NCBI RefSeq assembly: GCF_009914755.1
Contig: NC_060927.1
Length of the DNA stretch: 64,000 nt
Source of the DNA: the human T2T-CHM13v2.0 reference genome, Homo sapiens
Direction: 5' to 3' (one strand)
Shown: one piece after another, positions 42,068-55,882 of the stretch
Layout of the letters: every line of letters starts with the position of its first letter
Position numbering within the stretch: position 1 is the stretch's first letter
The notes under the pieces: model-generated
The model's input: the letters and a program-made list of their open reading frames with translations, nothing else
Told to the model about the DNA's origin: nothing
Databases searched by the model: none
Program-made: the position numbers and the translations under genes

Positions 42068-42273
42068 CATCATCAACATCATATAGTTAGTGTAGTCCTA
42101 CTAGAGGCCAACATCAAACACACTACCTAGCAAAAACCTAGGTCGAACCAATGAAGCACCGTGACTTACCAAGAGGTAAAAGGAAGGCAACCAAGCTAAT
42201 TGCCAGGCATAACTCATCTCCAGAGACTCAAGTTGATAGGAAAAGAATACTCATTGGAAGCTTGCAAGTTTTC
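42034..42273 (+). repeat. Left arm of a ~240-bp inverted duplication
   Basis: Reverse complement of 43870-44092 plus 43529-43548. About 25 mismatches in 223 ungapped bp by hand count. Confidence 0.95.
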
Positions 42274-42399
42274 AACCTCCTGGGTTGGAGAAAGGAGTTT
42301 CTAAGTCATTCATTCTCCTGTATGATTTACATAAATTGAATCTTGCTTTTCTTTGATATTTATTAAAGATACAGTCTCATAGATACTTCAGGGTCATAT

Positions 42400-43180
42400 A
42401 GTATATGAGTGTTCCATTGTTTCCATACCAATTACCTCAAACTTAAACATTTTTAAATGTTTAAAATAATAAATTTCTTTTCTTTTTTTTCTTTTTCTTT
42501 TTTTTTTTTTTTGAGATAGAGATTTGCTCTTTTTGCCCAGGTTGGAGTGCAATGGCAATGGCACATTATTGGTTCACTGCAACCTATGCCTCCAGGGTTC
42601 AAGTGATTCTCCTGTCTAAGCTTCCCAATTAGCTAGGATTATAGGTGTGGGCCACCACGCCTGGCTAATTTTGTAATTTTAGTAGAGACAGGGTTTCACC
42701 ATGTTGGCCAGGCTGGTGTCGAACTCCTGACCTCAAGTGATCCACCCGCCTCGGCCTCCCAAAGTGCTGGGATTACAGGCATGAGCCCCCTCACTCGGCC
42801 AATAAATTTATTTTCTTATAGTTAAATAGGTAAAAAGTCTGACACAGGTATCACTGGGCTAAAATCAGCGTATTACAAAGACTGGATTTCTTACTGCAAG
42901 GTCTAGGGAGAATCTGTTTCCTTGCTTTTTTGGTGCCGGGAGGGGGGGAGTTGTTGATCTAATAATTCAGTTTCTTGTAGTTGTACTACTGAGGAGAGTC
43001 CCCAGCTTCTAGAGGCCTCCCACATTCACTTTGTATCCTTCCAGCCTCCTCTTTCCTCTTGCATCTCTCTGAACACAGTCCTTTTAAGGACTGATATGAT
43101 TAGACTTGATCCATCTGAGTACCACATCTGTAAAGTCCCTTTTTCTATGCAAGGTAATATAGTCACAGGTTCTTGGGAGA
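42400..43180 (-). mobile_element. MaLR LTR (MLT1 family) interrupted by an Alu
   Basis: tcactgggctaaaatca...tctagggagaatctgtttccttgc...cttttaaggact...cacatctgtaaagtccctttt...gcaaggtaatatagtcacaggttct. Confidence 0.8.
42485..42800 (-). mobile_element. AluS (Sq/Sp-like), full length
   Basis: Antisense Alu. TSD aataaatttcttttctt / aataaatttattttctt. Confidence 0.95.
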
Positions 43181-43528
43181 TACTTCATGATTTTATTACA
43201 AAGGCATCAAGATGCTAGCAGGTGATGATCTCTACCAGGATTGCCCGGAAAGGAAAGCAATGAAACTAAAACTTGGGGAATCTTACTGTGAGGCAAAGAG
43301 AAGCCAAAATATGGTAAAGATTTTTAAAATATTTCCTTTCAGACACCATATAACAGGGTACTCAGAGAACTCAACCTGAATGGAGACACTCGACTTCCCA
43401 GTGTCAGAGACTTTTATTCTATGTTACCAGGAGCCTCCTAGCTTCCAGAAAGACCAGAGACCAGTAATCATTTGGTCCTTTGAATGATAGACAGAATAAT
43501 TTTCCCCAAAGAAGATCTCACAGAGAAG

Positions 43529-44092
<564 letters not shown>

Positions 44093-46213
44093 TCTTAATC
44101 TGTTTCCAGTTTCCCAAAAGATCTGCTTTGTGAAGTCCTCATGGGGGAATCATTCTGCCCATCATACATAGGACCAAATAATTACCGTCCAGCTGATCCT
44201 TCTGTGAGCTAGGAGAATCCTGATAGTGTAGAATAAAAGTCTCTCTGGTTCTGGGAAGTAGAGTCTCTCCTTTCAAATTGAGTTCTCTGAGCACCCTGTT
44301 GTGCAGTGTCTGTGAAAAGGCTAGGAATAGACTTACATTTCTCCTGTAGCAGTTTTAGAATTGCTTGGGTGAGTTCTTCATGCCCTGGGAAGGCATTTTA
44401 CTTTCATAGTGTTTATGAACTTATTTGACATTTGTTAGTTTGATCCTACAAAATATGAGCATCTGGAGCAAAGTTGGTGTATGCTTTATTAGCATATATT
44501 CTCTGACAGTACCTTTACTTTTTCATTCTCTTCTCCATCCCAGTCTCTGGTCACAGTTCTCATTCATACCATAGATGCTGACATGCTTCATTTTAAAGTG
44601 CCAGCCAGCCCTGAAATCTCCAGCTGTCTCAATGCCACCTCCTTATCTAGCACCACTCCCATCCGCTCTTCTCACCCAATCACCTTTCCCTCAGCTAGAG
44701 ACCTGGACTCTCAATTATCATTTCATTCAAATAAATTGTCTCTTCCTTGCCACACTCATTGTTCCTTTTCCTTGAACTTGACTGTCAATTAGTGATCACA
44801 AACTGCCCTGATTACCACACTTACTACTAAACACATCCCTCAACACCTCACTATAAACTACTCTTGTTTCTTATTCAACCTGTTTCCGGGGTCCCAAAAG
44901 GTGTTCTTTGTCAGAACCAGTGTTCTTTCATCCAGAAGTAAGTATCTTTCTTCCCTTTCAAATTTAGCTACTTTCTTCTTCAAACTCTCTATTCCACTGA
45001 TCCCATGATTGTTTACATATGATTAAAATCTTCACCACATTTTTCACTCTTTTGCTGGGCAATTAAGATTCCCCAAGATTCACTTTCACTGATTTTCTTT
45101 CCAGGCAATCCCGCTAGAGATCATCACCTGACTAGCATCTTGATGCCTCTGCAATAAAATCATAAAATATCTACTATCTTCCCAAATATCCATCCCATTA
45201 AATTAAGATAGTAAAATTTGGTATCTTCCCTTGAAGAGGACATTGACATATTGCTATTGCCTTGTTTAGTTCCTATAAATATATCATTCAACAAACAGCC
45301 TGCACTGATGTCCTCTGCAGTTTTGTAGAACCAGAAATTGAGATCCAAATATGAATAGCTAAGGTTAGATGAGTTGTTGAGCTACTAAGTGTAGTCTCAG
45401 TCAGCAGTAGGCCTAGCTTATCCCAATATAAGCAATTTTACTTTTGGAGTAAAATCCAATGACAATTTACATTTTGATCTCATTATGTCTAGGTTAGGTA
45501 AAATGTTATACTGATACCCTCATTTGGATGTAAAACAAATAAGGCATTCTTGTTCTAACTAGTGAAGGCAAGATAAACAATAGATATCTTATAAGAGGAA
45601 AGTCCTGTTCACTGAACCAGATAAGCTTTAGGGACTCAGTTCTACAAGTAAGCCATAGATTTCTTCTCTCCTTGTCATGAACATCTACCACTCATGTTAC
45701 AAATCAATACTAATAGAATAGCATGGTGTTCTTGCCCCCTTTAGACTACATGAATCATTGCAAACAATCAGATTTGCATTTGTAAAAGCCATGGTGTACT
45801 GTAAAAGTTAACACTGGAAAAATTAAAGAATTCAAAAGCCACATGTAAAAGAAATGCTTTTCTAGATTATACTTGAATTATCATGATTCAATAGCAAAAA
45901 AAAATCCTAATAAAAGTTTCTGTCTTGAAAATTAGCTTTCACTGACATTTATAAATGGTAATTTCTTTACTTAGGCATCTCCCTATTACTTGTAACAATT
46001 CTAAATTTTGCTAGTGTTAAGACCTTGAATTGTAAGTTGTCCTGAAGATGTGCTTTAAATTCAATGTTTTTGCAATCTTTCAATCATTGAGATAATTTCA
46101 TTTTATTGTGGAAATATACAATTTTACAGAAAGTAAACATAGGAAAGAGTTTTGATGTTCAGTTTCTCTTTTAGATATCAGGAAAAAAATACTGCAATTT
46201 CTTAGTACCAGGC

Positions 46214-46415
46214 AGTGAGGTGCTGAAGCCAGCTCATTTTGGCTTTAAAAGGCAAATCGTGTGCATCTCTTCCCATTGTGCATTCAGAGATGTCACTGTG
46301 GTTGCTAGAAATAGACCATGTCAAGGTATTCACACCATAGAAATGAGTAAATGCTCCAAATCAGGGCTTTTCATCCCAGAGACCTGGTATTAAGCATTAA
46401 CCAGCATACTACTGG
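46214..46415. mobile_element. MER63A-like hAT-Blackjack MITE
   Basis: cagtgaggtgctgaagccagctc...tgcatctcttccca...acaccatagaaat...aaatcagggctttt...accagcatactactg. Confidence 0.85.
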
Positions 46416-47344
46416 TATGGCATGTTAACATACACACAACTTCTATAACAATGTAGTAGCTTCTAGCTCTGGGGAGCCAAATGGACTGATTGTTGTTGCT
46501 GTTGTTGGGTGTGTATGTTTTACAGTTAACTAGGGACTTATTCATTTCTGTAGTAAAACTGTCACTATTAACTGTGAATCCATTTTTAGTAGTAGGATTG
46601 TATGCTACTTTGACAAGGTACCAGCTACAAATATTCCCTGTAATAAATGGAGTATCAGCCACAGGATCAACACACTTTCAAAGAGACCTCATAAACTACA
46701 TTGGATTAAAGCTGTCCCAATGACTTTAGACAAACTTTAAAGGAAAAAATGAAATTGTTTTGCGGACCATTCAGATACAGCTTTAAGAGAACACCAAAAC
46801 AATAGCAATAATAAAAATGAAGTTTGATCTGGGGTAAGGAGTTAGAGTTCTTTCCAAGAATAATAAAATTATTTGAAAATGTTAAGTGTTAAAGTAATTA
46901 AGTTCAGAGACAAAATGATAAACATGTACATCTCTGGATCTTTTAGAAAAATAATACAAGCAAGAAGCCAGTTTTATTCCTTCAACTTTTCCTCCAGTGT
47001 ACCATTCCCACCTCCATCAAACTGTGGGTTCTATTATTTTAGCAAAGGCAGAAAGCTTTAGAGGTTTTGGGGTAAATACATTTTAAAAACCTAAAATGGG
47101 ATCTTAGATAGCATAAATTTGTTGAACTTGATATAGAGTCAGAGCAATTAACACATTGAAAGTTTTTCAAATTAGTAAAAAATTTTTCAGACTGACTTGC
47201 ATTAGTCGACTATACTAAATGTTTTTAAGAAAAATTTGGAATAAGCGTAGAACATTTTTTAATGAAACTTTATCATTGAGAACATAGATAAACCTTGGCA
47301 ATTTTTTAAACCAATTCTCGTTAAATGAGTCTAGCTAGATTAAA

Positions 47345-47674
47345 CAAGGGCTTGGCAAACTATGACCAATAGGCCAAACCTGGCCTCCTAGCTGATTTAT
47401 ACAGCCCCTGAGTTAAGAATGATTTTTATACATTTTTAAATGGTTGAGAAAAATCAAAAGAATAGTATTTTTGTCATGTGAAAGTTACAGGAAATCCAAA
47501 TTTTCCATTAATAAAGTTTTATTGGAACACAGTTTCACCCATTCTTTTACGTGTCATCTATGCTGCCTTCAGGCCACAAAAGCTGTGTTGAGTAGTTATC
47601 AAACATTATATGGCCTATGAAGCCTGAAATATTTGCTATCTGCTGCTTTACAGTGTAAGTTTGCTTGCCCATGG
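47345..47674 (+). mobile_element. MER58B-like hAT-Charlie MITE
   Basis: ttggcaaactatgacc...aagaatgatttttatacatttttaaatggttg...taataaagttttattggaacacag...aaatatttgctatctg...aagtttgc. Confidence 0.88.
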
Positions 47675-50600
47675 ACTGAATGACACTTATTTTTAATTTG
47701 GATGTTTTAATTCCTTTTCTTTAACTTGAATCAAATTCGAGATCAACAATTTTCTTAAGGATATTAAATAGCTACATGTTAATTATGAAACATGTAAACA
47801 AAGAAATAAATGATGCATATGCAATCAACTGAGTTCATAAGAGATAATGTGTTCAGATTTTCCTTTTTCCTTTCAATCATCTCCAGCCAGAGGCTGTTGA
47901 GCAGCTGGTGAATCTTCTGCTTCTCCTCACCAGAACAGAGAGGACAAAAGGGCAAAACTTTGGAGCTATTAAAAAGAGGGTAGCAAAGATAATGCTCAAA
48001 ACAGAGAAAATAAAAAGAACTTATAATTATATTGTGTTCTATTTTTGAGTGCTAAAAACATTAATTTGTCAAATGTATGCTTTAAAATGTGCCAAGTTTT
48101 ATAAACTCTGTTTTGTTACTACTTCATTTTTTAAATACTAACAACTTCCAATGATTGGAATTAACTGGACCTTCTCAGGGCCTGACCATAGCTTTGGGTG
48201 CATCTGTTACAGTAGAGATGTGAATATACCCTAATATCATTGCCCTGCTGATATGCAAATTCAGGTAACTAACCAGAGGAAAAGAAAGTAATTATTTCCA
48301 GATGAAGACTGGCCAAACGTAGACAGAAATTGATTTTGAAAACTCATGGATTTTTTTCCATGAATCCCTTTAATTACTTTTCTTATACAGTATTACTAAA
48401 TATGGTTTTGAATAACTCTATCTCCATCTCTGTTCTTTTTAGTTTTTCATAAGAATGGGAGCAGAGAAAAAGGGAATTTAACTTCCAATTTTTAATAGGC
48501 AAGATTTACTTAAGATTATCTATTCAAAAATCAAATGGCTTTGAGTTCTTCAGAGTTTCAGGGGAAGACGGTCATGCAAAGTACAAAGATCCAGAGAGAA
48601 ACCTATTAACACTGGGATGGGGCAAAATTTATTTTCACCAGTAGAGTAATCCTAGAATGACAGTAAAACAATTAAGGCTTAATTATCATTTGTTCAACAT
48701 TTTACCCTGATAGAACCTCTGGTAGGGGAGCATGTGTTATACTGACATGGCGGGAAAGAAAACTAGCAATTATGAAATGACGTTTTCAAGGTCACAAAAG
48801 TGATAACTAATATAGCCATGTTTAAGGCCAGGTCCTCTGACTGGAAACTCGTGTCTTTTGGAACTGCTGTTTAAGAAAACATCATAGAGTTCAAGAAAAG
48901 CACCTAAGAATACTCTTAAGACTTTTTTGATCATCTAATTTAAATAATCTTTACTTAATGTTATTTGGCCTATAAAAAGCTAGAATATAGATTTATTTTT
49001 TCTCACCTTCCAAAAAAATCCCTTTACTAGTGTTTGTCATGGAATTGAGATTAATAATGCATTAGGAGTTCACATATATATGCACTCCTTAATATGTGCA
49101 TGTGCGTGTAATCCTGTAACTGCAGGAAGGAGATGAGGAGTACAATTAATACATAGACAAGTTTCTGAAACCAGTAAATAAAACAATAGAAATATAAATA
49201 GAATATTTGAAAAACTAGTATTTTTTTTGGGGGGGTGTGTGTGTGTGTGTTTAAAAACAGTGGCTTGGCATTTCTCTATGGCATATTAGATTTGGATAAT
49301 ATAAAATTACACTTAAATCTGTTTACAATCTCATTTTGGAGTTTATTCCATTTGTTAGCTGCCACTAAAGAGTATTTCTTATTTTGCTTATTCAGGGTAT
49401 GCATATTCTGTATGTAAGACTTCGGTATGTATGATCCTTATTTCTAAGATTGCATACAAAATGATAAAGGATTATATTTTGCAAAACTGAAGTATAAAAT
49501 AGTAATATCTCTCTTTGTGGTACTCAAGACATCCTGATTTGATAATTTCATTTTGGAAACTTTATTGGGAAATGATCTGAATTTACACAGAACACTTAAT
49601 TTCTTTTTCGAGAACAGGCCTTAAAATGCTGTTGAATTTTATTGATTTGCTCTGAGAATCACTGCACTGCCCTTCAAGAAATCTGAGCTGAATTGAAAGG
49701 ACGTACTGCAGTTGCTGTGTCAGAGTCAGAGCCATTTGTCTCACAACATTACACTGTATATATTGAGACTTCAGACACATTTTGCTTGTCTAAAATACAG
49801 CTTTTATATTTAAGCCATTTTAATGGCAAGTTAGTATTAAAACTGACTATTGGATCTTCTGATGTGGATTTTATTATTAGTACTTTGCTTGGCATCCAAA
49901 ATTTGGTTCCCTACACAGATAGCCCTTGACGGAATGTTATTTGATTATCCAAATCAGTACTCACACTTTTTCAAGAAACCTTGAAGAAAATTTAGTTTCC
50001 CGCACTCTGCCACATCCCATACTCCTAACTTCTTTTAGCTTGAATACTTTTTCTTTACTTTTTCCAGACCTCATAGTTTTTCCACTCCTCCTGGATAGGA
50101 TCCATTAAAAGGAGGTGAGTTCACTTAGAGGTCACAGCTTCTGTCTGTTGTCTTGACCTTTCCATAGGAATACACACATGACTGGCCCATGTCTTACTTC
50201 CTCAACTGGTGAGGATTTCAGAATTGACATAGAAATAGCTTATGTTTGAAACAGAAAATATGATTTTTAAGAGAGTTTATGTAAGGATTTTAAAAATGTG
50301 ATATCCCAGAGTTACAGGTCAACCTGATTTCATATAGCAACATTTCATGATAGTTATTCTTACGTAGAGTTTCTCTCCACAATATGGAATAATTTAAGGT
50401 TACATTTATCATTACACATGACCTTTGAGTAACCTGTGGCTACTCAAACCAGTTTTTAAGTTGGCAAGCCTCTGGCAACTATATGCTAATATTTGATTGT
50501 GGTTATTTCAACAGACTTTATAGCCTTATTCTTTTTTATTACTTAGAGAGAATCATAGAGTAGGCATGGAATAGTGAATTTTGGTTTATTTCTGGGCCAA

Positions 50601-50679
50601 GAGAGAACATGATTATAATTAGATGAGACTATAACTATTCTGTGAGCCCACAGCATTAAGTCTAGAGATCATACCAGGA

Positions 50680-51210
50680 GCATTCATTTAGCAAAAATGC
50701 ATTTTGTGAACTACTGTGTGCCAGGCACTGTTTTGATGCTAGAAACAGCATCAAAGCGAGGCTTAGTACTTGTATTAAAGAGGTCTCATGGGGTGAAACA
50801 GATAAACACAATAAAAGTACCATGTGTTTACTGCTATAATCAAAATGCTATAGGAATTTGAGGGCTTACCACCCAACTTAGCTTTGGTGTGTCACAGCAT
50901 TCTATGCAGATGAATAGCACTGTAAAGTTCTGGAAAAGTTTAGCATGAGGAAGGGACTTGTGAAGTAAACAGCAGACAGGTCAGAAAAGGCATTGAGTGT
51001 TCTGTTAGGAATTCATACTGGGGAAAAAGGGATAGCATTGATGGGCTTTTTGGAGGGTAATGGCCTCATTAGATCAGATCGGCAGTAATCCAGGAGGAAG
51101 ACTGGTGATTGGATCTAAGGAAAAGGGATTAGCATGGGGAGGAGAGGATGATCAGGAGAGAGAACAGACCAGACTCAGCTACTGACTGAATGAAGGGATT
51201 GATGGAAGTG
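50680..51210 (-). mobile_element. L2 LINE fragments
   Basis: cattcatttagcaaa...ctactgtgtgccaggcactgtttt, followed by purine-rich L2-like sequence. Confidence 0.6.
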
Positions 51211-54200
51211 GAGTACTCAGGGTCAAGAATGGTGTGGACAGATGACAAGCCTTTTACCTTTAGTCATATATGTGTTATGTTGAAGAGTTTTTGCATGGTA
51301 AAGATAATTTAATCTTTGTACTTTGATTATCTGAAATATATTTATGTAAAACATAAACATGTTTCTCTCAATTATTTAACAAGTAATGCTCTATACTACT
51401 GCATTTTCCTATTTGTTACTAGAGGTGACAGATGGAAGCTGCAGATTGGGAAGAAGTGATTAAACAGTGAGAATAATCTATTGGTGAGGCCAGGCCTACA
51501 TATCAAGGTAGCTGTGCTCAAGGTACAGAATATAGAAGAGAGGGTAGGAAGGTATACCTGCGGGCAAGGAGCTATGGAGGGCCTCCTGAAACAATGAAGC
51601 GATTGCTGAAAGCTGGGACAGTTAGTCTTCTATTTTAAAGTCTCAAATGAGAGTTGGTGTCAGTCTCAGCCAAATTCCTTGAAATACTGTCATATATTTC
51701 AGGGAGCTGTAAGGAGATCTTTTATTACATCCTTTCAAATCCTGATGTGCCCTCTAGAAGTTGGCTTTAAAATACTTGTAGTCTTTTTTCCCCAGCACAG
51801 ACTCAGAAGGCTCTTCTTTTTTTTTTCCATTTCCAAGCAGCTACAAAGTTTACTGTTGAAGTAGAGGTTTACTTTTCTAAGAAATTTTTGAAGGACTTTT
51901 ATATTACAGTACAATTTAAACTTTTAAGAACTTTGTAATAGATTCAACTTACACGACTGTGGGCTGTCAATTTATTTTATTATTTGAAAAGTCAAACTAT
52001 CAATGGCTTTTGGTTTGCATATAAATTCTTTTGGGTTCCTTTTGTTTCATTATTGCATGGGCTTTTTAAAATAAAAGAGGTATGATGTAAATATCTCCCT
52101 TTCTCATTTTTTAATCTCTCCTTTTATCTCTCCTTTCTCCTTTCCAATTTCAGTTTAGCAAAAAATTACTCTTGGGCTAGTTACATTTAAGGCATTGTGC
52201 TAGCTCTGGAAAGACAAACAACATAGGAAGATATCTCTAGGATCAAGGGGTTAGAATCTCTTTGTCCTGGCTTCTCTCTTCTTAACTTTCACCTCTTTCT
52301 ATTTTGCTTAATTTTTCTTCCTTTTTTTTCTCCTAAATGGAGTATACTTTTGCTTATATGTGAAGATAAAGGGTTTTTTTTTTTTCATTTAGTTTCAAGT
52401 GCATAACCACAAATATGTGATAAATAGGCCTATTGAATGTTCCCATTTCGGTATGGCAGCTGGAGGAGGATATGGAATAATATCTTGAGAGAAATATCCA
52501 TCCTAATGTCTTCAGAATTTCAGGGGAAGAGACACTCATATTCTTTTCTGGGTCACTTCTGTTTCTAAGAGGGAATGCCTTAGACCAGCTCTGACCATAC
52601 AAAGATATGTTTGCATTTATGATTCTGCTTGCTGGTCAACAAAGCGGTGGTGATAAGATTTGACAGAAAATGCCAACAGATACAGAACAAGAACAAGTTA
52701 TTTTCAGGCAGGTAAAGGAAAAGCTTACAATAGCACACGCTGATTATACAAGACTGATGATATTGCAGTGTTCCAAGGGAGAGGGCCAACCTGCCCTGGC
52801 TATCCAGGCCCATAAAGAGCCTTATATTGCTGCTTCTGTCCTCTTCTTGAGGTGAGAATCTTATCAAAATTTTGGAAAAGCTCCTTTTTCTAGTTTCATG
52901 GGTTTTAAACCTCCGTGGCTCCTCCTGACAAAATTCTGGCTACCCGCCTGATGCAAAGAACTGGTAACAATTTCACTATTTCCCTGTCTGTTTGCCTGAG
53001 TTCTCTTTCCCATGTGGACTATCGCCATAGCAGGGTAGGGCCTTGGACCTGCCAGAGGTCTAGTCCCACAGATTCCAACTTCTGTTAGTTTTTACAGATG
53101 AATGGCACTGCAAACTCTTGTTATTTGTTTATTCTTGTTTTACACACTTTAAATTTGCAACTTCAGCTGAATTGTTAAAAAGACTCTAGAGTGAGGAGAG
53201 CCAAAGGGTCCATATTAGCTTCCAACCCCAATTTGTACTGTCCACTTAAAGCAATACGTTAAGAAAGATTTCAAGGCTTCATGCTGGTTCACTGAGAAAG
53301 AGCTCTGGTCCATCATGTATTCCACAGACAAGGGAAGGGAATAATGGCATGCATTCCTGACATTTCCTTTTCCTGGTCTAGCACCATCCTAAATCTTTAA
53401 GAGAGAAGAGAGACCTCTCATGTGGCCCTCCCTTGAGCATACACTGGCCTGTTGGATCTGGCTGTGAGTTATATTCAGAGACCTGCCAGGGACAATGGAT
53501 GTGATAAGAAATACATCACTTGGGGCATTTCAAGCAAGCACAGAAATGTTTGGTAAAAATAACAGAAGACATGGATCCAGCAGCACTTTCCCTAGCAGGT
53601 TTGCCTCTATAACTGCAAAAGAAGTCTCAGGACATAGCCTTTCCTTGAAGCAAAATGTCTGTCACTGAATGGTAGGATTTGTGGGGTTCTGACAACTCTT
53701 ATCTAACAGAAATAAAAATCTATTTCATCAGCTTGTAGGTAGTCCCTGAAATTTAATCACGGGGGATGTATTCCTGTAGTATACTAGGAGATTGAGGTCT
53801 ACTGCATAAACAGAATGTAGAATTAAAGAACTCTTGGACCAAGAACAGACACAAGGGCGATGGATTTTAATACTATTGTTTTCTAGTTGAGGAAACAAAG
53901 GCAACTTAACCAATAAATTCTCTTTAATTTCAAGGGGAAAGAGAACCACTATTTATTCACTGTAGTTACTGTAGATTGTTTTATAGATTAGGAAACTGTA
54001 GAGAGTTTAAGTATTGTGTTTAACATCATGCAGCTAAGTTAGTGCCACAGTCAGAATTTGAATCCAACTTTATCTGGGGCCTAAGCCTGTGTGCCCTTTG
54101 CACTGGATCGTATTGCTCTTTTTTATTAGCATTTTTTCCATCCTTTCTCCTCCCTGTCCCACTGACTTGCTGTATGTATATCTTACTCTACTGAAATCTG

Positions 54201-54568
54201 ATCTCTTCTACTTTGGATCTTAGTAAGATTCTGATAAACTAATTGATAATTTATATTAATAGTTGATAAAACTCAATGCCTTATGGCCTTTATTGTGTAC
54301 CTACTTTGGGATAGTCTCTAAGGATATAAAAGAGATATCACCCCTGCCCTGAAAAATTCCAGAGTAGCACTGTGCTGCCGTCTATCTAATCAACCCATCA
54401 CATTTTTGTAAACAAATTTGTGATAAAATTATTACTATATTTTTCGCCTTTCCCACGATGGAGGCAAAACAGTGGGTGATTCTTTGGGCTATTTCAAATC
54501 TACTTTTTCTATAACACTATATTTCTTTCCCTTCTGTGTCCTTTTTTAAATTAAATATTAAAAATGTT

Positions 54569-54763
54569 AGCCAGGCATAGTAGGTGCACCCGTAATTCCA
54601 GCTACTCAAGAGGCTGACACAGGAGGATCACTTGAGCCTGAGTTCCAGGCTGCAGTGTGCTATGATCGTGCCTATGATTAGCTACTGCACTCCAGCATGG
54701 CTAACATAGTGAGACCTCATCTTTAAACAAACAAACAAAAACAAAAAAAAAAAAAAAAAAAGA
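54569..54763 (+). mobile_element. FAM (fossil Alu monomer)
   Basis: Monomer retaining the 7SL-like segment gtgtgctatgatcgtgcctatgattagctactgcactccagc. A-rich tail. Confidence 0.8.
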
Positions 54764-55436
54764 AAGGGAAGTCCACGTTACTGAGGCTCTCTTTAATTAA
54801 TAAATGCTTGAAAAGGTCTTTGTAAGCCTCAAATACTTACAAAATAAATGGTAAAGTATCTTCTTCTATGGGTTTGGGCATTTTCCTGCAAGAAACAGTT
54901 GAAGATCTTCCCAATCTCCCAGGCCTGGTAGTCATTTTAAAACTTAAAGAAGTATAATTGGTGACATGAAATATCCACATCTTATTGTTGCTGGTCAAGC
55001 TTAGAAGGCAGGAAAGAGTCAAAACTCAGGAAGCCTAAAGCTCTGCTTCGTTATAAAGAAACGCCACCACCAGCACTTCTCACATTTCTTTTGGAAAGAA
55101 TATTTAAGTGTAAGGATATTTTCCTCAGCAACTCCTTGTTATTCATATCAAAATGTTATGTCAAGTTGATTTCCTCTTACCGTGAGGCATCACTTAAAAT
55201 ACCTACCTATAGCTATGTCCAGTTAGTGGAGAATACTTCATTTGTTGTATTTCCAAGAGTCCAGGATTCTACAGAGAATTTTTTCAGAGTTAAGAACAAG
55301 CACTCTACTTCCCTATTTCCCTACATTTCTGTAGTAGAGCTGAGTCCTCTTCTCTCTTCTTATCACATGTAGAGAGTTGTTAGGGACTATAAAGAAATGA
55401 GGATCCAGGAGAAGGCGTATCTTAGATGGCTTTATC

Positions 55437-55446
<10 letters not shown>

Positions 55447-55467
<21 letters not shown>

Positions 55468-55882
55468 AGTTGGAGTGTTGCTCTGTCGCCCAGTCTGTAG
55501 TGCAATGACATGATCTCAGCTCACTGAAACCTCTGCCTCCCAGGTTCAAGCGATTCTCCTGCCTCAGCCTCCTGAGTAGCTGGGATTACAGGCATGCTTC
55601 ACCACCCCCGGCTAATTTTTGTATTCTTAGTAGAGACGGGGTTTCACCATGTTGGCCAGGCTGGTCTCGAACTCCTGACCTCAGGTGATCCACCCGCCTC
55701 AGACTCCCAAAGTGCTGGGATTACAGGTGTGAGCCACCACCCCCGGCTAATTTTTGTATTCTTAGTAGAGACGGGGTTTCACCATGTTGGCCAGGCTGGT
55801 CTCGAACTCCTGACCTCAGGTGATCCACATGCCTCGGCCTCCCAAAGTGCTGGCATTACAGGCGTGAGCCACCACGCCCAGC
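55447..55882 (-). mobile_element. Trimeric AluS with duplicated left arm (135-bp period)
   Basis: Units start at 55600 and 55735 and share the private variants ccacccccggc and gtattCttagtag. One TSD, agatggctttatctct / agattgctttatctct. Confidence 0.95.

Noticed and set aside
42443-42464. 10-bp AT-rich hairpin ttaaacattt-tt-aaatgtttaa
   Set aside because: Low complexity, expected by chance.
52660-52860. Possible exon or ORF MPTDTEQEQVIFRQ with CAG|GTAAAG and GAG|GTGAGA donors
   Set aside because: Weak polypyrimidine tract and no recognisable protein. Not supportable without RNA data.
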